A stretch of 64,000 bases of DNA from Bdellovibrionales bacterium (GTDB lineage: Bacteria; Bdellovibrionota; Bdellovibrionia; Bdellovibrionales; JAGQZY01): positions 896,001-960,000 of the forward strand of contig CAXRHT010000002.1 of NCBI GenBank assembly GCA_964230645.1. The letters run 5' to 3'. This document shows, in pieces, positions 8,705 through 17,820 of the stretch. The notes beneath the pieces were generated by a model that was given only the letters and a program-made list of their open reading frames with translations, did not search any database and was not told where the DNA came from. A program made the position numbers and the translations under genes. The stretch's first letter is position 1, and each line of letters opens with the position of its first letter.

Positions 8705-9481
8705 ATGTTAAAAAATTTACTCGACATTAAAGGCTTTAACCTTCAAGGACCGGAGGGAAATATCGGTACCTGTCAGGACGCTCTTTTCGATGATCAAGCG
8801 TGGACCGTTCGATACGTCGACGTTGACACCGGGAGCTGGCTTTCAGAAAGAAGAGTTCTCCTCTCCCCGATTAGTCTTGGGGCGCCCAGTTGGGAGAAAG
8901 GCGAAATTTATACCGAACTTAGTAGCGAGCAAATTGAAAGCTCCCCCAAACTTGACGCCAAATCTCCCATTTCAAAGGAGTGGGAGGATTCGTTTTTTAA
9001 CTTTCATGGCTGGCCTTACTACGGTGTGGGTATGCATATGTGGGGCCTGACTCACTACCCGGACGAGAACGAGCTTAAGAAAATTCACGATGCCAGTCCC
9101 GCCACCGACATCCATCGTAACACCCACCAGACCATTCGTTCCGCCTCGGAGCTTAGAGACTACGAAGTCTCCGCCCGCGATGGTGAAGTGGGACGCATTA
9201 AGGATTTTGTCTTCGATACAGACACTTGGGCGATAAGGTATTTGGTGATCGAGAATCACAGCTTCTTGCAACGTAAAAAAACGATCGTCTCCCCTTTCTG
9301 GGTCTCACACCTCGACTGGATGGAGCGTACTTGTGTGATCGATCTTAATCGTGCCGAAATTGAATGCTCGCCACAACCAGAGGGAGAATCTAATGATTAC
9401 CTCGATCGAGAGTTTGAAATGAAATTGCACGACCACTATCAAAGACCCACCTACTGGGATCAGGAAATTAGACCCCAGTGA
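8705..9481 (+). CDS. Tandem PRC-barrel domain protein
   Basis: Two repeats: IGTCQDALFDDQAWTVRYVDVDTGSWL and DGEVGRIKDFVFDTDTWAIRYLVI. Confidence 0.88.
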   Translation: MLKNLLDIKGFNLQGPEGNIGTCQDALFDDQAWTVRYVDVDTGSWLSERRVLLSPISLGAPSWEKGEIYTELSSEQIESSPKLDAKSPISKEWEDSFFNFHGWPYYGVGMHMWGLTHYPDENELKKIHDASPATDIHRNTHQTIRSASELRDYEVSARDGEVGRIKDFVFDTDTWAIRYLVIENHSFLQRKKTIVSPFWVSHLDWMERTCVIDLNRAEIECSPQPEGESNDYLDREFEMKLHDHYQRPTYWDQEIRPQ

Positions 9482-9482
9482 T

Positions 9483-10466
9483 TCAATGGTTTAAATAGCT
9501 GGGCTGTTTTTCTAAAAGCTTTGGGGTGGAGGGAGATATCTTACTATCATCCACCTCGGGCTCTATCTCCTCCTCGGTAAGACTCGCCTGCCAATATTTT
9601 TTTAAACGCTTTAGTTTTAATTCTAAAGCTTCCGACACCAAATAATTACCAAGCAAAAAGGACTTTCGACGAAATTCTCGGTGTTTAAGCTCAATCAATG
9701 ACATTAACAGTTGTTTTTCTTTTTTCTTTAGACCTTTCATTTTCTGAATGTTGCCCGCAAGTACGTGGAGATCGTGATCGTCCCCTAAATCATCCGTGAG
9801 TTGATGCCAAGCCTTGCGCTCAAAGTTCATGGCCTCTGGCCAAAGGTTACGCAAAAGCTTAAGCTGGTAGCGGAAATATTTTGCTCTTTTCCTCCACTGA
9901 TGAAAATCTTCGGGCTTGGAATCAGCATCGAGCTTTTTGTGGTTCTTACGGGCCCGAGAGTATGTTTTCATTAACCCTTCCTCAATGCTATCAAAACCAC
10001 TTTTCTCAAGCTTCCAACCTTTTATACGGTCAAGGCTTGAGTTTAACGAATCCTCAATGGTTTCAAAATCTCCTTCCTTCCTACTAAAGGCAAGAATGTG
10101 ATTAAGCTTTCCGTCTAACAATTCGTCCTCGGCTTTTCTAAAGACTCGCAGTTTGATTTCCTTTTCATAGTCGTTTTGCAGACTTTCTAGGGTTTGAATC
10201 CTAGTTTCTGCATCACGTAGCTCAGAGAGTTTTCGGCCTAAGTCTCTAAAGTATTTATTTTCTTTCTTATAATCCGGAAAACTTCCCCGAAACACTCTCA
10301 AGAGGGCACGGATTTTCTTAAATCGCTTACGCAATTGGTGGACTTTCTTGTCGTCACTCAACTCACTCGATTGGATTTCATCAAGAGCTTTTTTAATCTG
10401 CTCTTTAGCAACTTCTTGTAAACTTTCATCAATCTTCCCACTACTGACTTGTAACTTATAACTCAC
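9483..10466 (-). CDS. CHAD domain protein (polyphosphate-binding)
   Basis: VHQLRKRFKKIRALLR, LSELRDAE, FHQWRKRAKYFRYQL, LGDDHDLHVL. Confidence 0.9.
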   Translation of the reverse strand: MSYKLQVSSGKIDESLQEVAKEQIKKALDEIQSSELSDDKKVHQLRKRFKKIRALLRVFRGSFPDYKKENKYFRDLGRKLSELRDAETRIQTLESLQNDYEKEIKLRVFRKAEDELLDGKLNHILAFSRKEGDFETIEDSLNSSLDRIKGWKLEKSGFDSIEEGLMKTYSRARKNHKKLDADSKPEDFHQWRKRAKYFRYQLKLLRNLWPEAMNFERKAWHQLTDDLGDDHDLHVLAGNIQKMKGLKKKEKQLLMSLIELKHREFRRKSFLLGNYLVSEALELKLKRLKKYWQASLTEEEIEPEVDDSKISPSTPKLLEKQPSYLNH

Positions 10467-10669
10467 AGTTTTCTACCTCCAAAAGAGAGCCCTATTTTTG
10501 CCACAAGCCCCAGCTTTCTTCCAATGAAGTTTTTTGCACAGAAATATGAAAAATAGTGCAGATGTTCACATCCCATTGACTCAAACTGAGACAAACTCCG
10601 CGCAATATTCGCACTCCAGACAAGTTTCAGAGATAATAAAACTTAGGGATTTTTAAAAAGTCTGGGGTC

Positions 10670-11164
10670 ATGTTTTCAAAATTTCGCTCATTTCATTGGA
10701 TTCTTATTTTTCCTGTTCTCATTTTATATGTGAACTGTGATGGCTATAAATCGGCCACATCTAGAGAAATCAGCTCTCAAACCTGCGTGAATTCGGCCAA
10801 ACATTCTCTAAAATTGCAAAATTTTGAAGCCTCAGCGGATTGCTTTGACTTAGAAAACATAGTTTGTGAAAAACGAAGTTTCCGACCCAATATCCCCACG
10901 GCCACTTCGAAAGGGGAGGAATGTTTGCAATCGGAAACTTGGGGAGATATTTGTGTTGAGCTCACCTACCTTGACTTTAATACCTCAGAGGCGTCCTCTG
11001 ACCCCGAGCTTTATAAGTCAGGAGCTTCATATAATTATCAAGAGTACAATTGCTATATCAAAAATTTTAAACACCACGGTAAGGTGATTTTCCATGCAAG
11101 CCATCAACACTTGAGCGAAAGCCTGGAAGATCTCTATCGATCTTGCTTACAAGGAGGGGAATAG
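10670..11164 (+). CDS. Cys-rich putative lipoprotein
   Basis: Signal ending ILYVNC; several further Cys; stop overlaps the next start. Confidence 0.65.
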   Translation: MFSKFRSFHWILIFPVLILYVNCDGYKSATSREISSQTCVNSAKHSLKLQNFEASADCFDLENIVCEKRSFRPNIPTATSKGEECLQSETWGDICVELTYLDFNTSEASSDPELYKSGASYNYQEYNCYIKNFKHHGKVIFHASHQHLSESLEDLYRSCLQGGE

Positions 11165-11691
11165 TGATTCGCACTCTTCTAACCCTCATTCTCACCATAA
11201 GTACACAACAGCTGTGGGCCCATGCCCGCCTGTTACCAGGTGGGAACACTCCTCCACGCTCAAACGACACGGGATTAAAATCGGGCCCCTGTGGAAACAT
11301 AGTAAAAGGCACTCCGGTCGCAAGCTTTAACTCAGGCCAAACCATCACTTTACAGTGGGAAGAAACAATCAATCATCCGGGCTACTTTGAGTTCTCTTTA
11401 TCCACTGACGATGACCAAACATTTGATCTTCTACTCACAGTGCCTGATGAGAAAAACTCTCGCAATGATCTTCCCCATCGCTATCAAGCGGAATTGAAAC
11501 TTCCAGATGGTATCACTTGCAGCAACTGCACTCTTCGAATGGTTCAGCAAATGACTGAAAATCCCACCAACCCTCGCCCCTACTTTTCTTGTAGTGATAT
11601 TGAGATCACCAATTCCGGCCAAGACACTCCGATGGATCCGATCGATGAGGACAAGAACACCGTGCCTCCAGTGACAGAGGACTGCCACTAG
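11164..11691 (+). CDS. Secreted His-brace copper-binding, LPMO-like protein (SCE4755-like family)
   Basis: GTG start behind GGAGGGG; signal ...QQLWA|H gives an N-terminal His; PPRS, GPCG, second His in NHPG, TCSNCTLR, YFSCSDI. Confidence 0.8.
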   Translation: MIRTLLTLILTISTQQLWAHARLLPGGNTPPRSNDTGLKSGPCGNIVKGTPVASFNSGQTITLQWEETINHPGYFEFSLSTDDDQTFDLLLTVPDEKNSRNDLPHRYQAELKLPDGITCSNCTLRMVQQMTENPTNPRPYFSCSDIEITNSGQDTPMDPIDEDKNTVPPVTEDCH

Positions 11692-11813
11692 CCTTTATTT
11701 TTTACAATTCCGCCTAATTTCGTCCTGTAATTCAGTGAAAGGTCTATTTTTAAGACCTAAAGGCGTTGGCATCCTCCCCATTGGTTGGCTAAGATTCCCT
11801 CAAAGGAGACCCC

Positions 11814-12152
11814 ATGAGACTTATAGCCACTTTCTTAATAGGATTCTTATTTTCTCACTCTATCTTGGCCGATACTATAATTATAAAACCGGGCAACAGT
11901 GAGAACTTCACCAGACAACAAATTCTTTCAAGATTTAGTAACCGTGAGCTTATTATACGCTGTGATCACGAGCCCGAATGCCGAGTCCACTATGAGTATG
12001 TGGGAAAAAACTTTAAATTGAAAATGCCAAACGGGAAAGTCTACGGAACTTACGATTCAGCCAAAAAAGCGATGAGTGAAGCCTCTACCTTGATCGCCTC
12101 AAAGGTTTGTGATCGTTTAATATTGAACATAGAGGAAGATAAGATTCACTGA
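11814..12152 (+). CDS. Hypothetical secreted protein
   Basis: RBS AAGGAG; signal peptide MRLIATFLIGFLFSHSILA. Confidence 0.7.
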   Translation: MRLIATFLIGFLFSHSILADTIIIKPGNSENFTRQQILSRFSNRELIIRCDHEPECRVHYEYVGKNFKLKMPNGKVYGTYDSAKKAMSEASTLIASKVCDRLILNIEEDKIH

Positions 12153-12173
12153 GAATGCTAGAGCCTGTCTCAT

Positions 12174-12207
12174 AAAAAAAAGCCCTCTCTTTGCGAGAAG
12201 GCTTTTT
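12174..12207. terminator. Bidirectional intrinsic terminator
   Basis: A-tract, GCCCTCTC-TTTGC-GAGAAGGC hairpin, T-tract, between convergent genes. Confidence 0.7.
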
Positions 12208-12238
12208 GTAAAGTCACAATGACTTATAAAATGAAATA

Positions 12239-12430
12239 TTATTTGAAGAAACTATCCACTTCTTTCTCGGCTTGGTCACGAGTCTGACCGTAGCGCTCCT
12301 GGATTTTTCCGATAAGTTGGTCACGTTCTCCATCGATTCTTTTAATGTCGTCGTCGGTAAGTTTACCCCAACGCTCTTGAACTTGACCTTTCATCTGTGT
12401 CCATTTTCCTTTGATAATATCTTTATTCAT
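12239..12430 (-). CDS. csbD: CsbD/YjbJ family stress protein
   Basis: [58 protein letters not shown]. Confidence 0.95.
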   Translation of the reverse strand: MNKDIIKGKWTQMKGQVQERWGKLTDDDIKRIDGERDQLIGKIQERYGQTRDQAEKEVDSFFK

Positions 12431-12535
12431 TTTTTTCCTCCTTTAGAATGACTCCATAATAGGGCAGATCCACGAAGCAATAATGTTGCTAACATCAAAA
12501 AAATGTTAATTGATATTCACATCTAGTGCTCTAAT

Positions 12536-12564
12536 AAAAAAGCTCCACTATGAGTGGAGCTTTT
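12536..12564 (-). terminator. Intrinsic terminator
   Basis: Perfect AAAAGCTCCACT-ATG-AGTGGAGCTTTT hairpin downstream of the 12596 gene. Confidence 0.75.
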
Positions 12565-12595
12565 CAAAAAACAAAAATTTTTAGCTATTCTTTTT

Positions 12596-13162
12596 TTAGT
12601 ACCAGTATTTAACCATACCCCTCACTGCGAACACATCAGGGGTATCAGAGGAGGAATAGAGATGACTCACGTTGGCTCCTAGGGATAAAGGCGACCGGTC
12701 AATAACATTGTTCAATGGGTAGTCGAAACCTGCATGTGGCATCAAACCAAACGCTAGTTCGTTGTCTATATTAGTATCTTCCCACATAGGTCCTGCTCCG
12801 AGGCCTACATAGGTGTAACGAATAAAAGGAATGTTTCCGCCAAAATTATAGTTGGCTTTTACAAAGAATCGGTTACGAACTAATTTGCCAACCCCATCGT
12901 CGTTGTAGTTCTCAACGGTAAAGTCACCGATAATGGAAAGAGGAATCACTGGTTGAAACCCAGCTTCAAGCGTGTAGTTTCCACCAGCATCTAAGGTGCC
13001 GTTGGGATCACCAAAACCCACTCCTAATCCCACATGGGGCTTAAACTGTGAGTCTTCTTGCACGGCTCGAATTTCTGGGGTCACATCACTTTCGATAGCA
13101 CCTGCAAAATTGTAAAACAAAATACTACTTAGGATAATCGCTAGGTATTTAAAGTATTGCAT
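12596..13162 (-). CDS. Small outer-membrane beta-barrel protein
   Basis: Signal peptide, alternating amphipathic strands, YVGLGAG, C-terminal VKYWY. Confidence 0.7.
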   Translation of the reverse strand: MQYFKYLAIILSSILFYNFAGAIESDVTPEIRAVQEDSQFKPHVGLGVGFGDPNGTLDAGGNYTLEAGFQPVIPLSIIGDFTVENYNDDGVGKLVRNRFFVKANYNFGGNIPFIRYTYVGLGAGPMWEDTNIDNELAFGLMPHAGFDYPLNNVIDRSPLSLGANVSHLYSSSDTPDVFAVRGMVKYWY

Positions 13163-13304
13163 AGATAGGTTCTCCTTTTTTCTTTAAAAGAATACTCTGA
13201 GATTCATACCCACCCACCTCTGATTTTGATTAGAGATTGTTTAAATCTTTTCAAATGTAATCGGTTTCGCCCGGGGTATCCTTTCGTCCAGGCAAAAAAA
13301 CAAA

Positions 13305-13871
13305 CTAGTCCAATGAAAAAGAAATATCCTCAAGGCTTTTACGACTATTGGGTTTCTCATCCTCTTTCTGATCAGAGTTTAATTGAGAAGGATCCGCCTT
13401 TTTACCAACAGCAACGGCACAAATCACTTCGTGATCGTCATCCAGCCCCAAGCCTTCATTGATTTTATCGGTTTCAATTCCCGCCATCCCATGGGTGTAA
13501 AGCCCCATCATTCTTGCTTGCATAGTAAAAGCCATCCAAGCGGCACCACTATCAAACCAAGAGTGTTTGTTTGGTTTGGAGTTTTTCGAGAAAGTTTTTT
13601 TTGCGACTATAAAAAGAAGAGCGGAGGCTCTTTTCGCCCAAGCTGAGTTGGCATCCACTAACCAATCGAGGTGTTTATCAAAGTTGTCTGAGCCATTGAG
13701 AGTGTAATAAAAGCGCCAGGGCTGCTCATTAAAACAGGAGGGACTCCAGCGAGCCGCTTCTAAAAGTGTTTCTAAATCTTTTTTTTCCATCTTGTGATTT
13801 GAATCAAAAGATCTGGGTGACCAGCGTTCAATAAATAAATTGTTAATATCAAAATCAGTTTGTCGTTGCAT
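13305..13871 (-). CDS. Nitroreductase family protein
   Basis: ERWSPRSF, LLEAARWSPSCFNEQPWRF, FDSGAAW, THGMAG; start set at ATG 13871. Confidence 0.92.
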   Translation of the reverse strand: MQRQTDFDINNLFIERWSPRSFDSNHKMEKKDLETLLEAARWSPSCFNEQPWRFYYTLNGSDNFDKHLDWLVDANSAWAKRASALLFIVAKKTFSKNSKPNKHSWFDSGAAWMAFTMQARMMGLYTHGMAGIETDKINEGLGLDDDHEVICAVAVGKKADPSQLNSDQKEDEKPNSRKSLEDISFSLD

Positions 13872-14913
13872 CACTACTACCCTCTTGAGTTTGGTCGTTA
13901 GTTCTTTTCTTCTCATTTTTATAAAGCGCCACGCAGATCGCTAAAAGGGGGGGCGCAACAAAAATTCCAAGGATGCCAAACCATGTTCCCATCAAGATCA
14001 TAACAAAAATAAGGAGAGCAGCGGGTGTATGAACATTGTCTTTCATTACTTTCGGTAATACGAAGTTCCCCTCAAGCTGTTGAGTTACAATAAAGACGAC
14101 CCCTAACCAGATCAGCTTTTCTGGCTGCAACACAGCTACAATCGCTCCCGAGAGCACGACTGTTACTAAAATTCCCGCATAAGGAACAATTGAAAGCACG
14201 CCCGCAAGGATTCCATAAAGAGCCCAGTACTGCACACCGGCGATCCAAAGGCCAAGAGTGGTTAAAAGGGCCACAACACACATATCAATGAGTTGCGCAA
14301 AAAACCATTTTCTTAGAACGCCCCCTGAAAGCAACATTCGCTTCTTAAGAGACTCTCGACTTTCTTTAGGAAAAAATCCGACAAAGCCTTCGTAGTACTT
14401 TTTTGAATTAACGGCGGTAAAGAGTGCAATCACAGCCGCTAGGGATAAACCTGTAAAAGCCGCTGCGGCTCCCGAAAAAAGGCTTCCGATCGATCCCACG
14501 GTGGATTGAGCTAACCCTAATGGTTCCGCTTTTGAGAGTGCTTTAGCGACTTTGGGATAATCAGAACTAAAGTTGTCCCAGCGCCCCTCCCAGCGAGAGA
14601 TAATGTCTGGGACAGAGGTTTTCAGTGAATAAAACTGATCCACCAAAATGGAACCCACGAAAAAGAATAGAACCATGAAAAGAACAAATATGCCGAATAA
14701 AATGGAAAGAGTGGCCGCAAATCGCGGAATCGAAAGTTTCCTCTCAAGTCGATTGATGATCGGATTGATCAAAGAGGCAACACCAACGCCAATCAAAGAG
14801 GATAGAAAGATCATCGAGCTTTGGTAAAAGACGTAGATTCCAACAAGGGTTCCAACAAAAACCAAAGTCTTGTAAAAGAGCATTTTTAATTCATGGCGTT
14901 CGCTTCTGGTCAT
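13855..14913 (-). CDS. AI-2E family transporter
   Basis: Multi-TM; LSIVPYAG, QQLEGNFVLPKVM, FGILGIFVAPP. Confidence 0.9.
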   Translation of the reverse strand: MTRSERHELKMLFYKTLVFVGTLVGIYVFYQSSMIFLSSLIGVGVASLINPIINRLERKLSIPRFAATLSILFGIFVLFMVLFFFVGSILVDQFYSLKTSVPDIISRWEGRWDNFSSDYPKVAKALSKAEPLGLAQSTVGSIGSLFSGAAAAFTGLSLAAVIALFTAVNSKKYYEGFVGFFPKESRESLKKRMLLSGGVLRKWFFAQLIDMCVVALLTTLGLWIAGVQYWALYGILAGVLSIVPYAGILVTVVLSGAIVAVLQPEKLIWLGVVFIVTQQLEGNFVLPKVMKDNVHTPAALLIFVMILMGTWFGILGIFVAPPLLAICVALYKNEKKRTNDQTQEGSSDATTN

Positions 14914-15155
14914 ATATCCTTAAACCCTTGGACTATTTTCAGTGCCCAGTTCGTCTGTTTCAACTTAGCTTTATTCGCCTCCCACAGGAGGGTCAAGCCG
15001 GTTTCTTTTCAAAACCATACCCTAAGATATTAAAATTAAACAGCTTTTTTTTAACTGATTGTGTAGCCATCTAAACATTTACTAATATTTTTGATCACGA
15101 CAGAAATCCCAAAATCCCCTATCCTCTAGTCATCAACTTAAAGGAGGAAGCCTCA

Positions 15156-15440
15156 ATGGCCAAAACAACCGAAACCACACCGAACGAAAAAATTTCCAAA
15201 GCTGTTAATCTCGTTAACGAAGCACGCGCTCAAAAAGTAGATGCTGTCCGTGAAAATCTCAGAGAAAACATCGATACAGGACGCAAGCGCGTTGAGGATT
15301 TCGCAGATCAAACTCGTTCACAATATTATGAGACCAGAGAAATGACTGAGAAAACTCTAAAGGATAATCCTTTCCTAGCAGTATTCACAGCTTCTATTCT
15401 TGGATTACTCCTTGGCTTTCTTTTTGGTCGGAAAAAATAA
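15156..15440 (+). CDS. DUF883/ElaB-YqjD-like tail-anchored protein
   Basis: Coiled N-terminus, then KDNPFLAVFTASILGLLLGFLFGRKK; RBS AAGGAGG. Confidence 0.8.
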   Translation: MAKTTETTPNEKISKAVNLVNEARAQKVDAVRENLRENIDTGRKRVEDFADQTRSQYYETREMTEKTLKDNPFLAVFTASILGLLLGFLFGRKK

Positions 15441-15992
15441 GTGAATTTCAAAGAATTTACAGCACTCGCAACGCGTGTTGTGACCGAGCAAACACTCGGT
15501 CACTTAGCGAGTCTCGCAGACTACACTGTTAATCAAATCAGAGATTTCGCGCGCTCAACCATGATTGCTCACTTGCTTGTACAAGTTGTGGCAGGCGTCT
15601 TAGCCGTCTCTGGTGTGCTTGCTCTTTCCCTCGGATGGTCGATCTACGGAAGTGAAACTTTAATCGGTTGGGAAACCGTGTTCTATATCAACTGTGGATT
15701 GTTCACAGCTTCTATATTTTTGATTCTTTTCACACTGAACAGATATTCCAGGAAGAGGCACGATTTCGCCCGGCAGACGGACCGGCTTACACGAAACTTA
15801 ACCGAGTCCATTCTTCATAGTTTCTCAACCTTCCAAACGGAACAAAGTGCTTCCAGGCAGGAAGAGCGACTAGAAAAGCTTGAGAAGTCGATTGAGCTTT
15901 TGGCGCAAGCTATCGCCGAAGAGCAAAACAACTACAATGTTGTTTCGATGAAAGACGAATCTAAAAAAGAAAGGTCCCAATCCAATGCCTAA
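15441..15992 (+). CDS. Two-TM membrane protein (positional analogue of YqjE)
   Basis: Abuts the DUF883 gene; two TM helices plus a coiled-coil tail. Confidence 0.6.
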   Translation: MNFKEFTALATRVVTEQTLGHLASLADYTVNQIRDFARSTMIAHLLVQVVAGVLAVSGVLALSLGWSIYGSETLIGWETVFYINCGLFTASIFLILFTLNRYSRKRHDFARQTDRLTRNLTESILHSFSTFQTEQSASRQEERLEKLEKSIELLAQAIAEEQNNYNVVSMKDESKKERSQSNA

Positions 15993-16158
15993 TAATGAAA
16001 AAGAAAATAAAGACAAAGTAAATCCCGAAGGTCAGCAAGACCGTAAAGGTAATTACGACATCGATGGTGTTTCTTATAAAAACGAAGAAACCCATGTGGG
16101 TGGAGATGCCACGACCACCGACAGTGCCGAAGATAAGAAATCCAAGGGTGACAAATAA
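15985..16158 (+). CDS. 57-aa hydrophilic small protein, not in the ORF track
   Basis: MPNNEKENKDKVNPEGQQDRKGNYDIDGVSYKNEETHVGGDATTTDSAEDKKSKGDK*; ATG overlaps the upstream gene end, AAGGT RBS, and it fills the gap to mscS. Confidence 0.6.
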   Translation: MPNNEKENKDKVNPEGQQDRKGNYDIDGVSYKNEETHVGGDATTTDSAEDKKSKGDK

Positions 16159-16161
16159 TAA

Positions 16162-17109
16162 TTACTGAGGGTGCTCGCTAAAACCCTCTTTCTCTTTGTA
16201 AGCGACCATCAAACTCTCGTGAAGTTTTTCTCCACCTTTGATTCCGAAATCTAAAGTTCGAATCGGGAACGGAATGGTGATGCCATTGTTATCAAAGGCC
16301 TCTTTGATTCGGATCACGATTTCATGGCGGGTTTCTAAAAATGCAAAATGGTTGGGATAGTTAACCCAAACTCGTGCTTCACAATTAATGGAACTTCCAC
16401 CAAATTCCTCAAAAAAAACTTCCACTTCCCTTTCTTTTATTCGGTGTTCAATTCCCAATAGGGCTTCCCGAATCACCTCAGTAACTTTCCTTAAATTCTC
16501 AGCATAGGAAACCCCCACTTTTAAATCGACTCGCCTTCTGGGAGTGCCCGAGATATTCTGTAAGGGTTTAGTGATCATCATCTGATTGGGAATAAATATT
16601 TCAATTCCCTGAAAGGTTTCAATTTGAGTGGTCCTAAGATCAATGGCCTTCACCTCACCAATATAGCCTTCGACTTCCACCAAATCCCCGATCCGGTAGG
16701 GCTCTCTAAAAGCTATTAAAATTCCCGAGACAAAGTTGGCCGCAATATCTTGAAAAGCAAAACCTAGAGCCAAACCAATGACTCCGGCTCCCGCAAGGAG
16801 TGATGTCACGGTCTTATCGAGATGCAATATCCCCAGAGAGATAAAAATTCCCAATAATACTGTGGCAAGTTTTATGATTGTTCCCCCAAGGGAAACTAGA
16901 GACCTGTTTTTTACATTTTTAGAAAGAAGGGTTTGTGTACCGCGCCCGATCCATCCTGCCAAATAACCAAAAACACATACGACACCAATGGCGACGATAA
17001 AGTTGGGCAAATTTTGAATGGCCACTTCGTACCAGTCCACCAATTTATTTGAGATTAGATTCCAAGCGTGAGAAATGCTCTTTTCCACAATCACCCCTTT
17101 TACAAACAA
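16162..17109 (-). CDS. mscS: Small-conductance mechanosensitive channel (MscS family)
   Basis: LLAGAGVIGLALGFAFQDIAANFVSG, PYRIGDLVEV, IFIPN, GITIPFP. Confidence 0.92.
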   Translation of the reverse strand: MFVKGVIVEKSISHAWNLISNKLVDWYEVAIQNLPNFIVAIGVVCVFGYLAGWIGRGTQTLLSKNVKNRSLVSLGGTIIKLATVLLGIFISLGILHLDKTVTSLLAGAGVIGLALGFAFQDIAANFVSGILIAFREPYRIGDLVEVEGYIGEVKAIDLRTTQIETFQGIEIFIPNQMMITKPLQNISGTPRRRVDLKVGVSYAENLRKVTEVIREALLGIEHRIKEREVEVFFEEFGGSSINCEARVWVNYPNHFAFLETRHEIVIRIKEAFDNNGITIPFPIRTLDFGIKGGEKLHESLMVAYKEKEGFSEHPQ

Positions 17110-17190
17110 CTATTCTCGTCAATTTTCCCATAAAGGTCATTGACACAGATAGTCCGCTCCTATCTTGAGAGTTCAATCAACAAAGACCGT

Positions 17191-17820
17191 TTAAAATTTG
17201 GGAAGTTCTCTTTCAAATAAAAAAATTATTTTATTCCACTCTCTGGATTCACGCGACCGAGGGGTCAATGAGTAAATACGTCGGTAGCTTAAAATCAAGT
17301 TCATATCATAGACTCCCACGGGATAACTCACGGAAATATCCCCCAGTACACCATGCTCTCCTGTATCGTGAGCTGAGGTTCTATCCTCATTGGCCACGGC
17401 CATATTCACACCATTGACGGTTCCCACTCTGTAGGAGGCATAAGGCCCCGCTGCGAACGAGAACCAAGAGGCCAGCCAAAATCTGAAAATAATTGGCACT
17501 TGAATTCGATCCACTTTTTCGGTCAGAATTCCACCACCAGGAGTTCTTCGTAAATATTGAAATTGACCGTATTGAATCTGAGCCTCTACTGACATCCACG
17601 AAAAAGCTCCGGCTTGCAAGCCCACTAAGCCTCCGGAAAGGACTGACAATCCGGCGTCAGAGCCTTCAAGGGGACTTTGATTTTCATCCACTTCCTGTAA
17701 GAACCCACCGATCTGAATAATGAGTTCCCCTTTTTCAGTCTCTTCTCCCCTTGCCTTTTCGATCAGGACCGTGGCACAAATAAATGAAATGACGAATATT
17801 TTTAGGGTTTTATTTATCAC
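17191..17820 (-). CDS. Putative outer-membrane beta-barrel protein
   Basis: RBS AAAGGAG and GTG start; signal peptide; IQVPIIFRFW...AAGPYASY strand pattern; C-terminal F. Confidence 0.65.
   Translation of the reverse strand: MINKTLKIFVISFICATVLIEKARGEETEKGELIIQIGGFLQEVDENQSPLEGSDAGLSVLSGGLVGLQAGAFSWMSVEAQIQYGQFQYLRRTPGGGILTEKVDRIQVPIIFRFWLASWFSFAAGPYASYRVGTVNGVNMAVANEDRTSAHDTGEHGVLGDISVSYPVGVYDMNLILSYRRIYSLTPRSRESREWNKIIFLFERELPKF

Noticed and set aside
15017..15041. SigB-consensus promoter GTTTAA-N13-GGGTAT (minus strand) upstream of the AI-2E gene
   Set aside because: It is a single occurrence in AT-rich DNA. Other stress-gene promoters lack the correctly spaced pair, and no SigB-like gene is in the window.
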